A stretch of DNA of 64,000 nt. Source: a virus. Its lineage: Duplodnaviria; Heunggongvirae; Uroviricota; Caudoviricetes. The notes under the pieces are model-generated. The model had not been told where the DNA came from. It saw only the letters and a list, made by a program, of their open reading frames with translations, and did not search any database. The stretch lies in IMG/VR virus record IMGVR_UViG_3300028563_000009; one strand, written 5' to 3'. Positions 34,672 through 44,093 of this stretch are shown piece by piece (position 1 is the stretch's first letter; each line of letters starts with the position of its first letter). A program made the translations under genes and the position numbers.

Positions 34672-34763
34672 GCGCTAGTGGCGAAGCTGGTTGAAACGCA
34701 TCGGACTTAAAATCCGACACTGATAAGTTCACAACGGGGGTTCGAACCCCTCCTAGCGTACCA
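34672..34763 (+). tRNA. tRNA-Leu (anticodon UAA), type II, CCA encoded
   Basis: Acceptor GCGCTAG/CTAGCGT, anticodon stem TCGGA/TCCGA loop CTTAAAA, long variable arm, T-loop TTCGAAC. Confidence 0.7.
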
Positions 34764-34765
34764 AT

Positions 34766-34954
34766 ATGACAGAAAAAACAAACAAAGAAAAATTGCAAGA
34801 AGTTAAGAGAGAGATCGAGGTCAACGGCCTTGATATTCTCAACGGGTTAAACTGTACTGATATCGACAACAAGACATTTCAAAGGCTCTTAGAAGCGTAT
34901 AGGAAAGCGTCAGAGAGAGTTGAAAAGTATATCTACAAGCACTCAAAGGATTAG
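34766..34954 (+). CDS. hypothetical protein (62 aa)
   Basis: ORF directly after tRNA. Confidence 0.45.
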   Translation: MTEKTNKEKLQEVKREIEVNGLDILNGLNCTDIDNKTFQRLLEAYRKASERVEKYIYKHSKD

Positions 34955-34955
34955 C

Positions 34956-35459
34956 ATGAAACTCTACATTGGACTCCTCGCTTTACTTCTGACCCCTACG
35001 CTGCTGGGACAGTCAGTAGAGCCTACCGCTAAGGTGATAGTTCTTTCGGCGGATGAAGCTGCTGAGGCGCGTTCCATACAGTTACAGGAAGCCGCGCTAG
35101 AGGCTCGTCGAGAGGTATTCCATGACCAGTTGGTAAAACACTACCTGATATTCAGAACTGACGAGTGTTATACCAGTACGGGAAGACTCTATGCGGTTCA
35201 TGTGCGGGACAATGGCACCGCTGTTTGCGATGGTTATTATAAACCGGGTTGGGAGAACGGCTTTAAGTTTAGCGAGGACTACAAGGCTATCGTCGCCTCC
35301 GCTCCACCACCTCCCACGGCGGAAGATTGGTACCATTTCACAACTCCCCCTAACTGTTATCCTCGCATAGTGTTGGATGCGTTTGGTAGGTGGATACAGT
35401 ATGAGGCCGACGGTACGTGGCAGATGTGCGGAATTGGACATGCGTGTGAGAACAAGTAG
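34956..35459 (+). CDS. secreted protein with signal peptide (167 aa)
   Basis: MKLYIGLLALLLTPTLLGQS. Confidence 0.5.
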   Translation: MKLYIGLLALLLTPTLLGQSVEPTAKVIVLSADEAAEARSIQLQEAALEARREVFHDQLVKHYLIFRTDECYTSTGRLYAVHVRDNGTAVCDGYYKPGWENGFKFSEDYKAIVASAPPPPTAEDWYHFTTPPNCYPRIVLDAFGRWIQYEADGTWQMCGIGHACENK

Positions 35460-35874
35460 TGTTGGGATAAACTTAATCAAAAACAATGAGGGGTTCCGGG
35501 GGCATGTTTACAACGATGTGGTCGGAAAACCAACGGTAGGATACGGGCATTTGGTTATCCCCGGAGAGGACTTCTCCGCAGGGCTGACCGAAGACCAAGC
35601 AACTGCTTTGCTTCTCAAGGACATTGCTCACGTCGAGCTATACCTTAATGCGGCTATGGGAGGGTTGTACCAGAACGAGTTCGACGCTCTTATAGACTTT
35701 GGGTTCAATCTAGGAGTCGGGGCCTTGCATCAGCTACTAACGCACGGGCTGTCTCAGATACCCACCCAGATTCTTTTGTGGGATCACGCGGGTGGTAAGG
35801 TTGTGCCGGGGCTGCTGGAAAGACGGCAGAGAGAGCTAGCCTTGTGGGGGCAGGAGACTGAGGAGGGTGTATAA
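35440..35874 (+). CDS. GH24 lysozyme / endolysin (144 aa)
   Basis: NEGFRGHVYNDVVGKPTVGYGHL (T4 lysozyme-like EG..Y.D..G..T.G.GH). Confidence 0.65.
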   Translation: MRVRTSSVGINLIKNNEGFRGHVYNDVVGKPTVGYGHLVIPGEDFSAGLTEDQATALLLKDIAHVELYLNAAMGGLYQNEFDALIDFGFNLGVGALHQLLTHGLSQIPTQILLWDHAGGKVVPGLLERRQRELALWGQETEEGV

Positions 35875-35887
35875 TGGTGGGTAAAGA

Positions 35888-37960
35888 GTGTACCTTTATT
35901 TAGACACAGAATTTAGATCAGAATTAGACCTTGAAGACGTTGGCCACTATAAGTATCTGAACCACACAAGTACAGAGCTTCTTATGGTGGCTTACGCTTT
36001 TGGGGATGAACCTATTAAGATTTGGGAAACCCATAAAGGCCCCATTCCAGAGGAGTTAAAGCAGGGTCTTGAGGACTACTTACAGATCATTGTTGCGTGG
36101 AACTCCGCCTTCGAGAGAATCGCTTTCCGTAGGCATTTAGGAATCAACATACCTCCTGAACGGTGGGAAGACCCGATGATCCGCTCTCGGTATATGTCTA
36201 TGCCGGGAAGGTTAGAAAAAGTCGGCAAGATTCTAGATATCAAGGCCAAGAAGGTCACGGAGTTCTTTGTTAAAGAACAATCCATGATAAGCCTCTTCTC
36301 TTTTCCTTTACGGATGGGAGGAGATATAACGCTATGGGGTTTAGAACCAACAACATACAGGGACTGGGACACCCACCCGAAAGAGTGGGCCGCGTTCTGT
36401 GACTACTGCAAGACCGACGTGGCCGCGATGCGGGAAATCTTGTATCGGTTAGAAAAGTTTCCACTTCCGGACTTCGAGTACGAGCTATTCGCGCTCAATG
36501 AGGAGATCAACGACTACGGGATATACACGGATAAGATGCTGATCGAAGGCGCAGGGATCGTCGTAGATCGGGAATTTGCCGCGCTAAAGAAGGAGTTCAC
36601 AGAGATCACGGGGTTAATAAACCCTCGTTCGAACAAGTCCGTTCTGTTCTTTGCTAGGCAGCATGGGTATACCTTCTCTTCCCTGAACAAGCAGTATGTT
36701 AACAGAGCATTAAAAGGTGAGTGTACTCTAGACGCTTTGGGCCGACGAGCGTTGGAGCTACGTCTACAACTCGGTAAGAGTAGCGTTAGCAAGCTTGAGG
36801 CGGTCCGTAGCGCCGTCGAAGATGATCGGAGGATACGTGGGCTGTTCAACTTCATGGGAGCGGCTAGAACAGGCCGCTGGACCTCGGGAATCGTGCAAGT
36901 ACAGAACCTTGTGAAGGCGTCTAAGGAAGTCGAAGCGAACTTCGATCTTGCCTTGGATTTGCTTAAGGCCGGGAATTACGAACGAATTAAGCAGGAGTTC
37001 AAGAGTCCTATCGACGTAGCGGCCTCAGCCATACGCCCGATGCTCCGCGCTCCTGAGGGTAAGAAGTTCATTATAGCGGACTTAAACGCCATCGAGACTA
37101 GGGGAGCAGCATGGGTTGCGGACTGCCAGCCTCTCATGGAAGTGTTTAGGCAGGGCAGATGCCCTTACATATCCTTTGCCGCCCAGATGGACCCATCCCG
37201 CAGCTATGATGAGTTATACAAGGAGTACAAAGCAGGCAACAAGACCACTCGTACTAACGCCAAGCCCCCTACCTTAGGGTGTGGGTACGGCCTTACTCCC
37301 GGCATCATCGATGTAGATGAGGATGGTAACACGGTTAAGACGGGTCTGTTGGGGTACGCTGCGGCTATGGGTATCGAACTCCTCCCTGAGTACGCAGAGA
37401 AAGCTGTGCAAGTTTACCGGAATGCCTACCGCGAGATACCTAAGTTCTGGTATGATTTACATGCGTGTGTAGTAGAAGTAATCGAGCACGGTGGGCTGGT
37501 ACAGATCGGCCCCCTTACCATCGAGAAGATTGGGAGGGTGTTGTGTGTTTGGCTTCCGTCCGGTAGAGCACTACACTACATCAACCCGAGAGTAAGGGAA
37601 GTAGAGAGGGTATCGCTACGCACTGGTAGACCCTACAAGACTACTGAGATTACTATTGAGGGGATAGATCAGAAGACCCACCAGTGGCAGGATATAACAA
37701 CCCACGGGTCTAAGATTTTCGAGAACGTTGTCCAAGCAATTTGCAGGGACATACTCGGTCATGGTATGCTGGAAGCGAAACGTGATGGCTTCCCCATCGT
37801 CCTAACCTGCCACGATGAGATTGTGGCAGAGGTCGAGAACGGTTCTCCGTTAGGGGTACCAGAGCTAGTAGACTGTATGACTAGGAAGATTAGTTGGGCC
37901 GGAGGGTTTCTAACCGGAGCGGAAGGCTTCGAGACGGATTACTACAGGAAGGATGGGTAA
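35888..37960 (+). CDS. family A DNA polymerase with 3'-5' exonuclease (690 aa, GTG)
   Basis: Exo I LDTEF; motif A ADLNAIETR; motif B KPPTLGCGYG; motif C CHDEI. Confidence 0.8.
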   Translation: MYLYLDTEFRSELDLEDVGHYKYLNHTSTELLMVAYAFGDEPIKIWETHKGPIPEELKQGLEDYLQIIVAWNSAFERIAFRRHLGINIPPERWEDPMIRSRYMSMPGRLEKVGKILDIKAKKVTEFFVKEQSMISLFSFPLRMGGDITLWGLEPTTYRDWDTHPKEWAAFCDYCKTDVAAMREILYRLEKFPLPDFEYELFALNEEINDYGIYTDKMLIEGAGIVVDREFAALKKEFTEITGLINPRSNKSVLFFARQHGYTFSSLNKQYVNRALKGECTLDALGRRALELRLQLGKSSVSKLEAVRSAVEDDRRIRGLFNFMGAARTGRWTSGIVQVQNLVKASKEVEANFDLALDLLKAGNYERIKQEFKSPIDVAASAIRPMLRAPEGKKFIIADLNAIETRGAAWVADCQPLMEVFRQGRCPYISFAAQMDPSRSYDELYKEYKAGNKTTRTNAKPPTLGCGYGLTPGIIDVDEDGNTVKTGLLGYAAAMGIELLPEYAEKAVQVYRNAYREIPKFWYDLHACVVEVIEHGGLVQIGPLTIEKIGRVLCVWLPSGRALHYINPRVREVERVSLRTGRPYKTTEITIEGIDQKTHQWQDITTHGSKIFENVVQAICRDILGHGMLEAKRDGFPIVLTCHDEIVAEVENGSPLGVPELVDCMTRKISWAGGFLTGAEGFETDYYRKDG

Positions 37961-38212
37961 ATGTTTTGGGATAAAAGGTGCGACCAATGCAGCACTAAAA
38001 CTAAAGAAAAATGTCTATGCCGTACCTGCCGCGAGAACAGGAACCACGATTGGTGGAGATTGGGATATGTAAAAGGGTTAGAAAAAGCGAAGCAAAACAA
38101 ACTACCCCAAGATGTTCTCAAGAAAATGCTGGTTTTGTGCCATCCCGATAAGCACGGTAACTCCCCTGTTTCTAACGAAGTAACTAGGTGGCTTTTGGAG
38201 AGGAGAAAGTAA
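37961..38212 (+). CDS. zinc-finger protein with partial J-domain (HPD), 83 aa
   Basis: CDQCS..CLCRTC; KKMLVLCHPDKHGN. Confidence 0.45.
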   Translation: MFWDKRCDQCSTKTKEKCLCRTCRENRNHDWWRLGYVKGLEKAKQNKLPQDVLKKMLVLCHPDKHGNSPVSNEVTRWLLERRK

Positions 38213-38664
38213 TGTCGAAGATGAATAGGTTGGGTAATGTTACCAACAAGTATCAAGGGGATTTCAAAAGAGTTCTATGTGTTTGTTCGGGAGGGATACT
38301 TAGATCGCCTACCACTGCCGTTGTGTTATCTCAACCTCCCTACAACTACAATACCAGAGCCGCAGGAACAGACCAAGAGTTTGCCCTCGTGCCTGTCGAT
38401 GACGTTCTCATTGAGTGGGCAGACGAGATCGTGTGCATGGAGAAGGAGCACGAGGAAGCGTTAAGAAGTAAGTTCAAGATCGAAGCTCCCATCTACGTGC
38501 TGGGTATCGAAGATAGGTATCCTTACAGAGACCCCCTGCTAATCAGCCTTATCACCCAGAACTACAATGACATACAGATAATGAAGATGGGACTGGGGCC
38601 TAAGTATACGGTAGGGGACCACATCAACGAGAAAGGTTTGAAAAAGCTAGATGAAGAAGGATAA
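38212..38664 (+). CDS. low-molecular-weight protein tyrosine phosphatase (150 aa)
   Basis: P-loop VLCVCSGGILRSPTA (C-x5-R). Confidence 0.6.
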   Translation: MSKMNRLGNVTNKYQGDFKRVLCVCSGGILRSPTTAVVLSQPPYNYNTRAAGTDQEFALVPVDDVLIEWADEIVCMEKEHEEALRSKFKIEAPIYVLGIEDRYPYRDPLLISLITQNYNDIQIMKMGLGPKYTVGDHINEKGLKKLDEEG

Positions 38665-39580
38665 TCCTTTGTTCGCCATAGCAGCCGACAACTACGTGAA
38701 TGAAATCTTGGGGTTGAACAAGTACGGCAGCTTTAAGTCTAACAAAAGAATAGTCAAACATCTAATACAAGAGTTCGGTCACAAGCGGGTGCAGAGCGTA
38801 ACGCGCCAAGATATCCAGAGGTATATCGGTAAGTTAAACGAAACAATGGGCACTGAGTATCTCCGCCATCACCTCAGTACGTTTCGTGGTATAATGGAGT
38901 ATGCCGACGACGACTGGGTAATGCCAAGGGTAAAACTGCCCAAACGAATCAAGCCGAAGCAGGATTTTTACTCGTTCGAAGAAGCCCGAAAACTGATGGA
39001 AATAACCTCTGGTCAGGATAAGGTTTTGGTCATGGTACTGGCAGAGACTGGTTGTAGGTTAGGGGAAGCATTGGCTTTAACCCCGGATGATATAAAACCG
39101 TACGAGGTCAACATCACTAGGAACGTGTACGAGGGGTTCGTGCAGGATACACCGAAGACAGATTCCAGTATCCGGAAAGTTACAATCTCTGAAAGACTTT
39201 ACAATCAGATACTTACACTGAAGAGAAAACAAAACGAGTTTATTTTCCAGAGTAAGACCGGGAGGCCGGAGTGGCCACAGATTCTAAGTGTAAGATTCCG
39301 GGAGATTTGTGACAAGCATTCGGTGGAATACAAAGGGTTCCACGCATTCCGCAGAGGGAACATCACAGAGTTGTGTACGGTAATTGGAATCCCTGAACGC
39401 ATCGTGGGTGTTAGGGTCGGGCATTTATCAAGCGGCACCACCCTCGGGGTGTATTGCAAAACTTTGCCGGGGTGTGATAAAATCTGGATTCCAGAGATTG
39501 AAAAAAGATTGTACTTGACAGAAGACAAACGAAATGATAGCGTAATTAGAGAGGAAATAAATGGCATTACCGACAATTAA
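38651..39580 (+). CDS. int: tyrosine recombinase / integrase (309 aa)
   Basis: LAETGCRLGEAL (box I R), HAFRRGNITEL (H-x-x-R), LGVY. Confidence 0.65.
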   Translation: MKKDNPLFAIAADNYVNEILGLNKYGSFKSNKRIVKHLIQEFGHKRVQSVTRQDIQRYIGKLNETMGTEYLRHHLSTFRGIMEYADDDWVMPRVKLPKRIKPKQDFYSFEEARKLMEITSGQDKVLVMVLAETGCRLGEALALTPDDIKPYEVNITRNVYEGFVQDTPKTDSSIRKVTISERLYNQILTLKRKQNEFIFQSKTGRPEWPQILSVRFREICDKHSVEYKGFHAFRRGNITELCTVIGIPERIVGVRVGHLSSGTTLGVYCKTLPGCDKIWIPEIEKRLYLTEDKRNDSVIREEINGITDN

Positions 39581-40328
39581 CATCAAGGGTAAAGAGTATA
39601 CAATGGTCAAGGACCGTATACTTTTCTTCAATGAAACCTACGAAAACGGAAGCATCACCAACAGACTTGTGTCAGCACCCGATGATCCTAGAGTAGTCAT
39701 TGAGTCCACAGTAGTTCCAGACGTGTCAAACCCTCACCGTTATTTTAGGGATTACTCCCAAGCGGTAGTGGGTGACGGTCTGATTAACAAACAAGCGGCT
39801 CTAGAGAACGCTTCTACCTCAGCGGTGGGTAGAGCATTAGCTCTAATGGGCATTGGAGTTATCGAGAGCGTAGCCTCCGCAGACGAGATCAAGAAAGCGA
39901 CTTCTTTCGGCAAGCCGGTGAACACGGTGGCACAGGTAGAGAAGGCTACCAGTAAATCAACCAGCTTTGAGTACGGGGCAAACAGGGTAAACCCGGAGAT
40001 CACGGACGATGATATTCCTAAGTTCGACGGTCCGGTGAGAACGACTGAGAACTTATCCCCAGAAGCAGTAGCTGTGGCGGATCATCTTATTCATTTTGTT
40101 CCTCTAACCCAAGATAGAAACAAACAGATTCAGGATAGACTTGCCGAGTTAGTGAAAGCTAAGACGTTGGACAGACGTAAGTTGCAAGTGTTTCTAGATA
40201 AAGAGCATGACGGCAAACGTAGCATCGATGTTCCGGCTGATAAGTGGGAGCAGACCATTAAGAAGATTGAGGACGCCGTTAAGGACGGAGCAGAGTCTAT
40301 CAAGACGCTGTTTAAGAAGGGGGACTAA
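39561..40328 (+). CDS. ERF-family single-strand annealing protein (255 aa)
   Basis: ASTSAVGRALALMGIGV resembles P22 Erf ATSSYARKYCLNGLFGI. Confidence 0.5.
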   Translation: MALPTINIKGKEYTMVKDRILFFNETYENGSITNRLVSAPDDPRVVIESTVVPDVSNPHRYFRDYSQAVVGDGLINKQAALENASTSAVGRALALMGIGVIESVASADEIKKATSFGKPVNTVAQVEKATSKSTSFEYGANRVNPEITDDDIPKFDGPVRTTENLSPEAVAVADHLIHFVPLTQDRNKQIQDRLAELVKAKTLDRRKLQVFLDKEHDGKRSIDVPADKWEQTIKKIEDAVKDGAESIKTLFKKGD

Positions 40329-40624
40329 TGCTGACCAAAGCTGAGGAGGAAAGACTAAATCTTTTACAAGAGGAGTGCGCTGAGATTATTCAGGCAGTCA
40401 GTAAGATAAAGAGATTTGGTTTCGACTCTAAGAAGCCGCGAGACCCGGACGGACCAAACAACAAAGAGCATTTGGAAACAGAACTGGGAGGGTTAGCAGC
40501 GGTTCTCGACCTTATGATCGTAGCTGGGGATGTTGATGAAGAACACTGCGAGGCCGCTCAAATGGCCAAAGCGTGTAGCATCCATACTTACACCAAACAC
40601 CAAGGAGAGGAATGCGAAGCATAG
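40328..40624 (+). CDS. hypothetical protein, possibly small MazG/HisE-like (98 aa)
   Basis: EECAEI .. ETELGGLAAVLDLM weak EExxE..ExxD pattern. Confidence 0.4.
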   Translation: MLTKAEEERLNLLQEECAEIIQAVSKIKRFGFDSKKPRDPDGPNNKEHLETELGGLAAVLDLMIVAGDVDEEHCEAAQMAKACSIHTYTKHQGEECEA

Positions 40625-40789
40625 GGAACGGCATAGTCGGATTACTTAACTTACTACTAGCAGTTGTGTTGGCGCACGACCTTCTTGTGGGCGTTGGGAA
40701 TGTCGGCATAGACATAGGCTTACTCATTGGCAATCTTTTATTCAGTGGGATCAACTTATTCATTTTTATCAAAGCAAATAAGGAGAACA

Positions 40790-41161
40790 ATGTCGGTTAA
40801 TTCAATCGTAGTTTCGGGTCGTCTTGGGAAAGACCCCGAGTTGAGATCAACAAGTGGCGGCAAAAGCGTTGCCGGATTTACGCTAGCAGTGGACGAGGGG
40901 TACGGAGAGCACAAGAAAACCATCTGGCTTTACTGTGAGGTCTGGGGTAAGACTGCGGAAGCTGTTGCCAGACTCGTTACCAAAGGCAAGCGTGTTGTGG
41001 TTACTGGCCGGTTGTCCGAGGACAAGTGGACGGATAAGCAATCCGGTCAGGAGCGTAGCAAGCCCAAGGTAATTGCGAACGAAGTTGAGATTGTTGACTT
41101 CGCGGACAAGGATCAGGCAGACGGGCACGGAGAGGTTTCGGATGACGATATCCCTTTCTAA
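40790..41161 (+). CDS. ssb: single-stranded DNA-binding protein (123 aa)
   Basis: MSVNSIVVSGRLGKDPELR .. acidic tail DDDIPF. Confidence 0.75.
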   Translation: MSVNSIVVSGRLGKDPELRSTSGGKSVAGFTLAVDEGYGEHKKTIWLYCEVWGKTAEAVARLVTKGKRVVVTGRLSEDKWTDKQSGQERSKPKVIANEVEIVDFADKDQADGHGEVSDDDIPF

Positions 41162-41297
41162 GCAGCCTAGTTGGGACGACTTCCTCCGGGAACGGCACCG
41201 GAAGGGAGGACGAAGGCGTAGCTAAGAAGTACACCCGGTATGTGTATTTAGGCAGGGGTCACTTCAGAACCGATATTTGCCGGGTGCAGGAGTATTG

Positions 41298-41471
41298 ATG
41301 TTTGGTTTCTGGTACTGGGCGGTTTTCGCGGTAAGTTTGTTTATCATCGGAGGACTCGGAAATGTAATCCGGAGAGAGTACGGGAATGTGTATTGGGTCG
41401 TGTACTTGATTCTGGTGTTTATTTACGGGTTCAATTATTCAACAATTTGGAATGTGTTAGGTGGACAATGA
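41298..41471 (+). CDS. small two-TM membrane protein (57 aa)
   Basis: AGGAG RBS. Confidence 0.35.
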   Translation: MFGFWYWAVFAVSLFIIGGLGNVIRREYGNVYWVVYLILVFIYGFNYSTIWNVLGGQ

Positions 41472-42136
41472 GAAATGCAACAAGAATATTGATCGTGTTA
41501 GACCGATCTGGTAGTATGGAGTTAGCTAGAAAATCTACGATAAGTGGATTGAACGAGTTTATCTCCATGCAAAAACAAAACAAAGGGGATATCTCTCTCA
41601 AGCTGATTCAGTTTGATTCGGACTCCGCGAACAACTTGAGTTACGAAGTCACTCTCGATAAACCGATTCAGGATATTAAACCCTTGACCGTCGAAGACTT
41701 CCAACCGAGAGGCGGGACTCCACTTCTGGACGCCCAAGGAAAGACAATTACTGAATTAGGAAAAGAGCTAGCCAATCTCCCTGAATGGGCACGCCCCGAC
41801 AAGGTGATTGTGGTTACTATCACAGACGGGTATGAGAATACCAGCAAGAAGTATTCGAACCATAAAATCCGTGAAATGATTAAGCACCAGACGGAGAAAT
41901 ACAACTGGGATTTCGTTTACCTCGGAGCTAACCAAGACGCCGTAGCAGTGGGTCAGTCGATGGGATACTCCGGTTCCAAGTCCATGAGTTATAGCGTGTG
42001 CGACCCGGCTGCGGTTGCAAACACATACGCTAACTTAGGGCAGTATGCAACTAGAGCAGTAGCTGCCGGATCAGCAGGGTTAGCGAGTAATCAGTTCGAA
42101 GACGAGGAGCGTTCTAGTTCTCTGACGGGCAAGTAA
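41468..42136 (+). CDS. vWA domain protein (222 aa)
   Basis: IVLDRSGSM, ITDGYEN. Confidence 0.55.
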   Translation: MRNATRILIVLDRSGSMELARKSTISGLNEFISMQKQNKGDISLKLIQFDSDSANNLSYEVTLDKPIQDIKPLTVEDFQPRGGTPLLDAQGKTITELGKELANLPEWARPDKVIVVTITDGYENTSKKYSNHKIREMIKHQTEKYNWDFVYLGANQDAVAVGQSMGYSGSKSMSYSVCDPAAVANTYANLGQYATRAVAAGSAGLASNQFEDEERSSSLTGK

Positions 42137-42290
42137 GTAAATATTTCTCTGTGGCGGAATAGAAGTTTGCTGAATATCGGACCCGATCACGTCCGGAATA
42201 AGCTAAATAGTAGACGCTAGGGTTAGCTCGTGACGGTGAGAGCCGTAGTGGACACCCCGAAACTCATAAAAGAAATCCACACAAAAGGTT

Positions 42291-44093
42291 ATGTGGGGTG
42301 GATACTGGAATCCCCACCGGAGAGATATGTTAGACGAAGATCAGCAAAAGATAGTCAACCTTAAGAACGGCAACTACGCGGTGATGGCTGGCGCAGGATC
42401 GGGTAAGTCAACCGTCCTGCTTCACCGCTGTGGGAGTCTTAACAACGAGGGAGAGAAGGATATAATCTGTGTCACGTTCACCAGCGAAGCGGCAAAGAAT
42501 CTTAGGACGCGCAGTAGTAAGCTATTCCCTACCCTTGATTCTAATATCTTTTGTACTTTACATTCTTTGGCTTTGCGTTTCGCTTACGATCACTCAGACG
42601 CTTTCCCCTTTAAACTAGCCGATAATATATTAGCCGAGGACGGCGTAGCCGCCAACATGATCTTCCGGATCATAGGCGACAAGATTAACTTCAAGGCGTT
42701 TACGACTTGGGTTAGTCTCCAGAAGCGTAACCGGGTATCATACACTGACGCTATCATCAAGGGGGATAAGCCCGACTTCGCAGCGGCGTACAAAGCGTAC
42801 GAGGCAGCAAAGAGAAAAGTGGGTATCCTAGACTTTGATGACCTGATATACTACATGGTAGAGTTACTAGAGACCCGCCCGGATATCCGGTCTAAGTGGC
42901 AGTATAAATGGGTGATGATGGACGAGGCGCAAGACGCCTGCGAGTTAGATTGGAGGATGCTGCAATTACTAACAGAGAAGCACCAAAACCTGATGTGCGT
43001 GGGAGACGCGGGACAGGCATTGTTTGGTTTCCGTGGGGGGATTGCGGGTCATTTCCTGAATATGGACGAGCTTTTCCCTACTACCTCGAAATTATATCTT
43101 GGGAACAACTACAGAAGCACCCAGAGTATTGTAGATTTTGGTAAGCAAGCGTATCCGTATCCGGAAATATCCACCAAGTTCCGGAGCATGTCTTCAGAGA
43201 TAGGCGTGGAGCCGGTGGTTACTATGTACTCTACAGACTACAGGGAGGCGCAGGAGGTAGTGGGGAGTATTACACAGTACAACCCTGACTCGTGTGCTAT
43301 CTTAGCGAGAACCAACTTAGCTCTACGACCTTTCGAGGAAGCTCTGCTGGACGCGGGGCTGGAGTATTACGTTCTAGGAGACTCAGGATTCTGGGAATCT
43401 CCCGAGGTTAAGAACGTGCTATACTGGATACGTTGCTGCGCGATGCTCACAGACAACTCTGTGATCGGGGCTATCCGTACTCCGTTCTGGCCAACTAAGT
43501 ACCTGAAGAAAAGGATCATAGTCGAGAAGATTACAGCACGTACGGACGCAGGGGAGACGGCGTGGGAAGCCTGCAAAAACATCTACGAGTTATCCACCTT
43601 CCGGAATTTCTTAGGCGGGTTGTTTAAGTACCAGTATCTCCCGGCAGACGAAGCAGTTAAGGGAATCATAACCGAGCTTAAGGCTGTAGAGTTTTACAAA
43701 GAAGAAGATAACATAAGCCCAGACAGGGACCCGGTTGCAAACCTTCGAGAGTTATCTCATGCCGCACGCCGGTTCGGAAACCTAGCGGACTTCATAGACT
43801 TCATTAGACGGCTTCAGTATATTCGTAAGAATCGTAAGGGGGTATGTCTTAGTACGATACACGCTTCGAAGGGTAAGGAGTGGCCTCATGTGTTTGTCGT
43901 GTCGGTTAACGAGGGAATCCTTCCTCACTCCAAGTCTGAAAACATTGAAGAGGAAAAGGCTTGTTTCTTTGTTGGGGTATCCCGAGCGGAAGAGACACTT
44001 AACGTAAGCTACTACGGGGCACGTAGTAGATTTTTAACACCTTGGATGAATCGAGAAGATGGCGTACTTATACAAGAACCCGAAAGGGTATGA
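42291..44093 (+). CDS. UvrD/PcrA-like SF1 DNA helicase (600 aa)
   Basis: AGAGSGKST (motif I), MMDEAQDA (motif II). Confidence 0.75.
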   Translation: MWGGYWNPHRRDMLDEDQQKIVNLKNGNYAVMAGAGSGKSTVLLHRCGSLNNEGEKDIICVTFTSEAAKNLRTRSSKLFPTLDSNIFCTLHSLALRFAYDHSDAFPFKLADNILAEDGVAANMIFRIIGDKINFKAFTTWVSLQKRNRVSYTDAIIKGDKPDFAAAYKAYEAAKRKVGILDFDDLIYYMVELLETRPDIRSKWQYKWVMMDEAQDACELDWRMLQLLTEKHQNLMCVGDAGQALFGFRGGIAGHFLNMDELFPTTSKLYLGNNYRSTQSIVDFGKQAYPYPEISTKFRSMSSEIGVEPVVTMYSTDYREAQEVVGSITQYNPDSCAILARTNLALRPFEEALLDAGLEYYVLGDSGFWESPEVKNVLYWIRCCAMLTDNSVIGAIRTPFWPTKYLKKRIIVEKITARTDAGETAWEACKNIYELSTFRNFLGGLFKYQYLPADEAVKGIITELKAVEFYKEEDNISPDRDPVANLRELSHAARRFGNLADFIDFIRRLQYIRKNRKGVCLSTIHASKGKEWPHVFVVSVNEGILPHSKSENIEEEKACFFVGVSRAEETLNVSYYGARSRFLTPWMNREDGVLIQEPERV

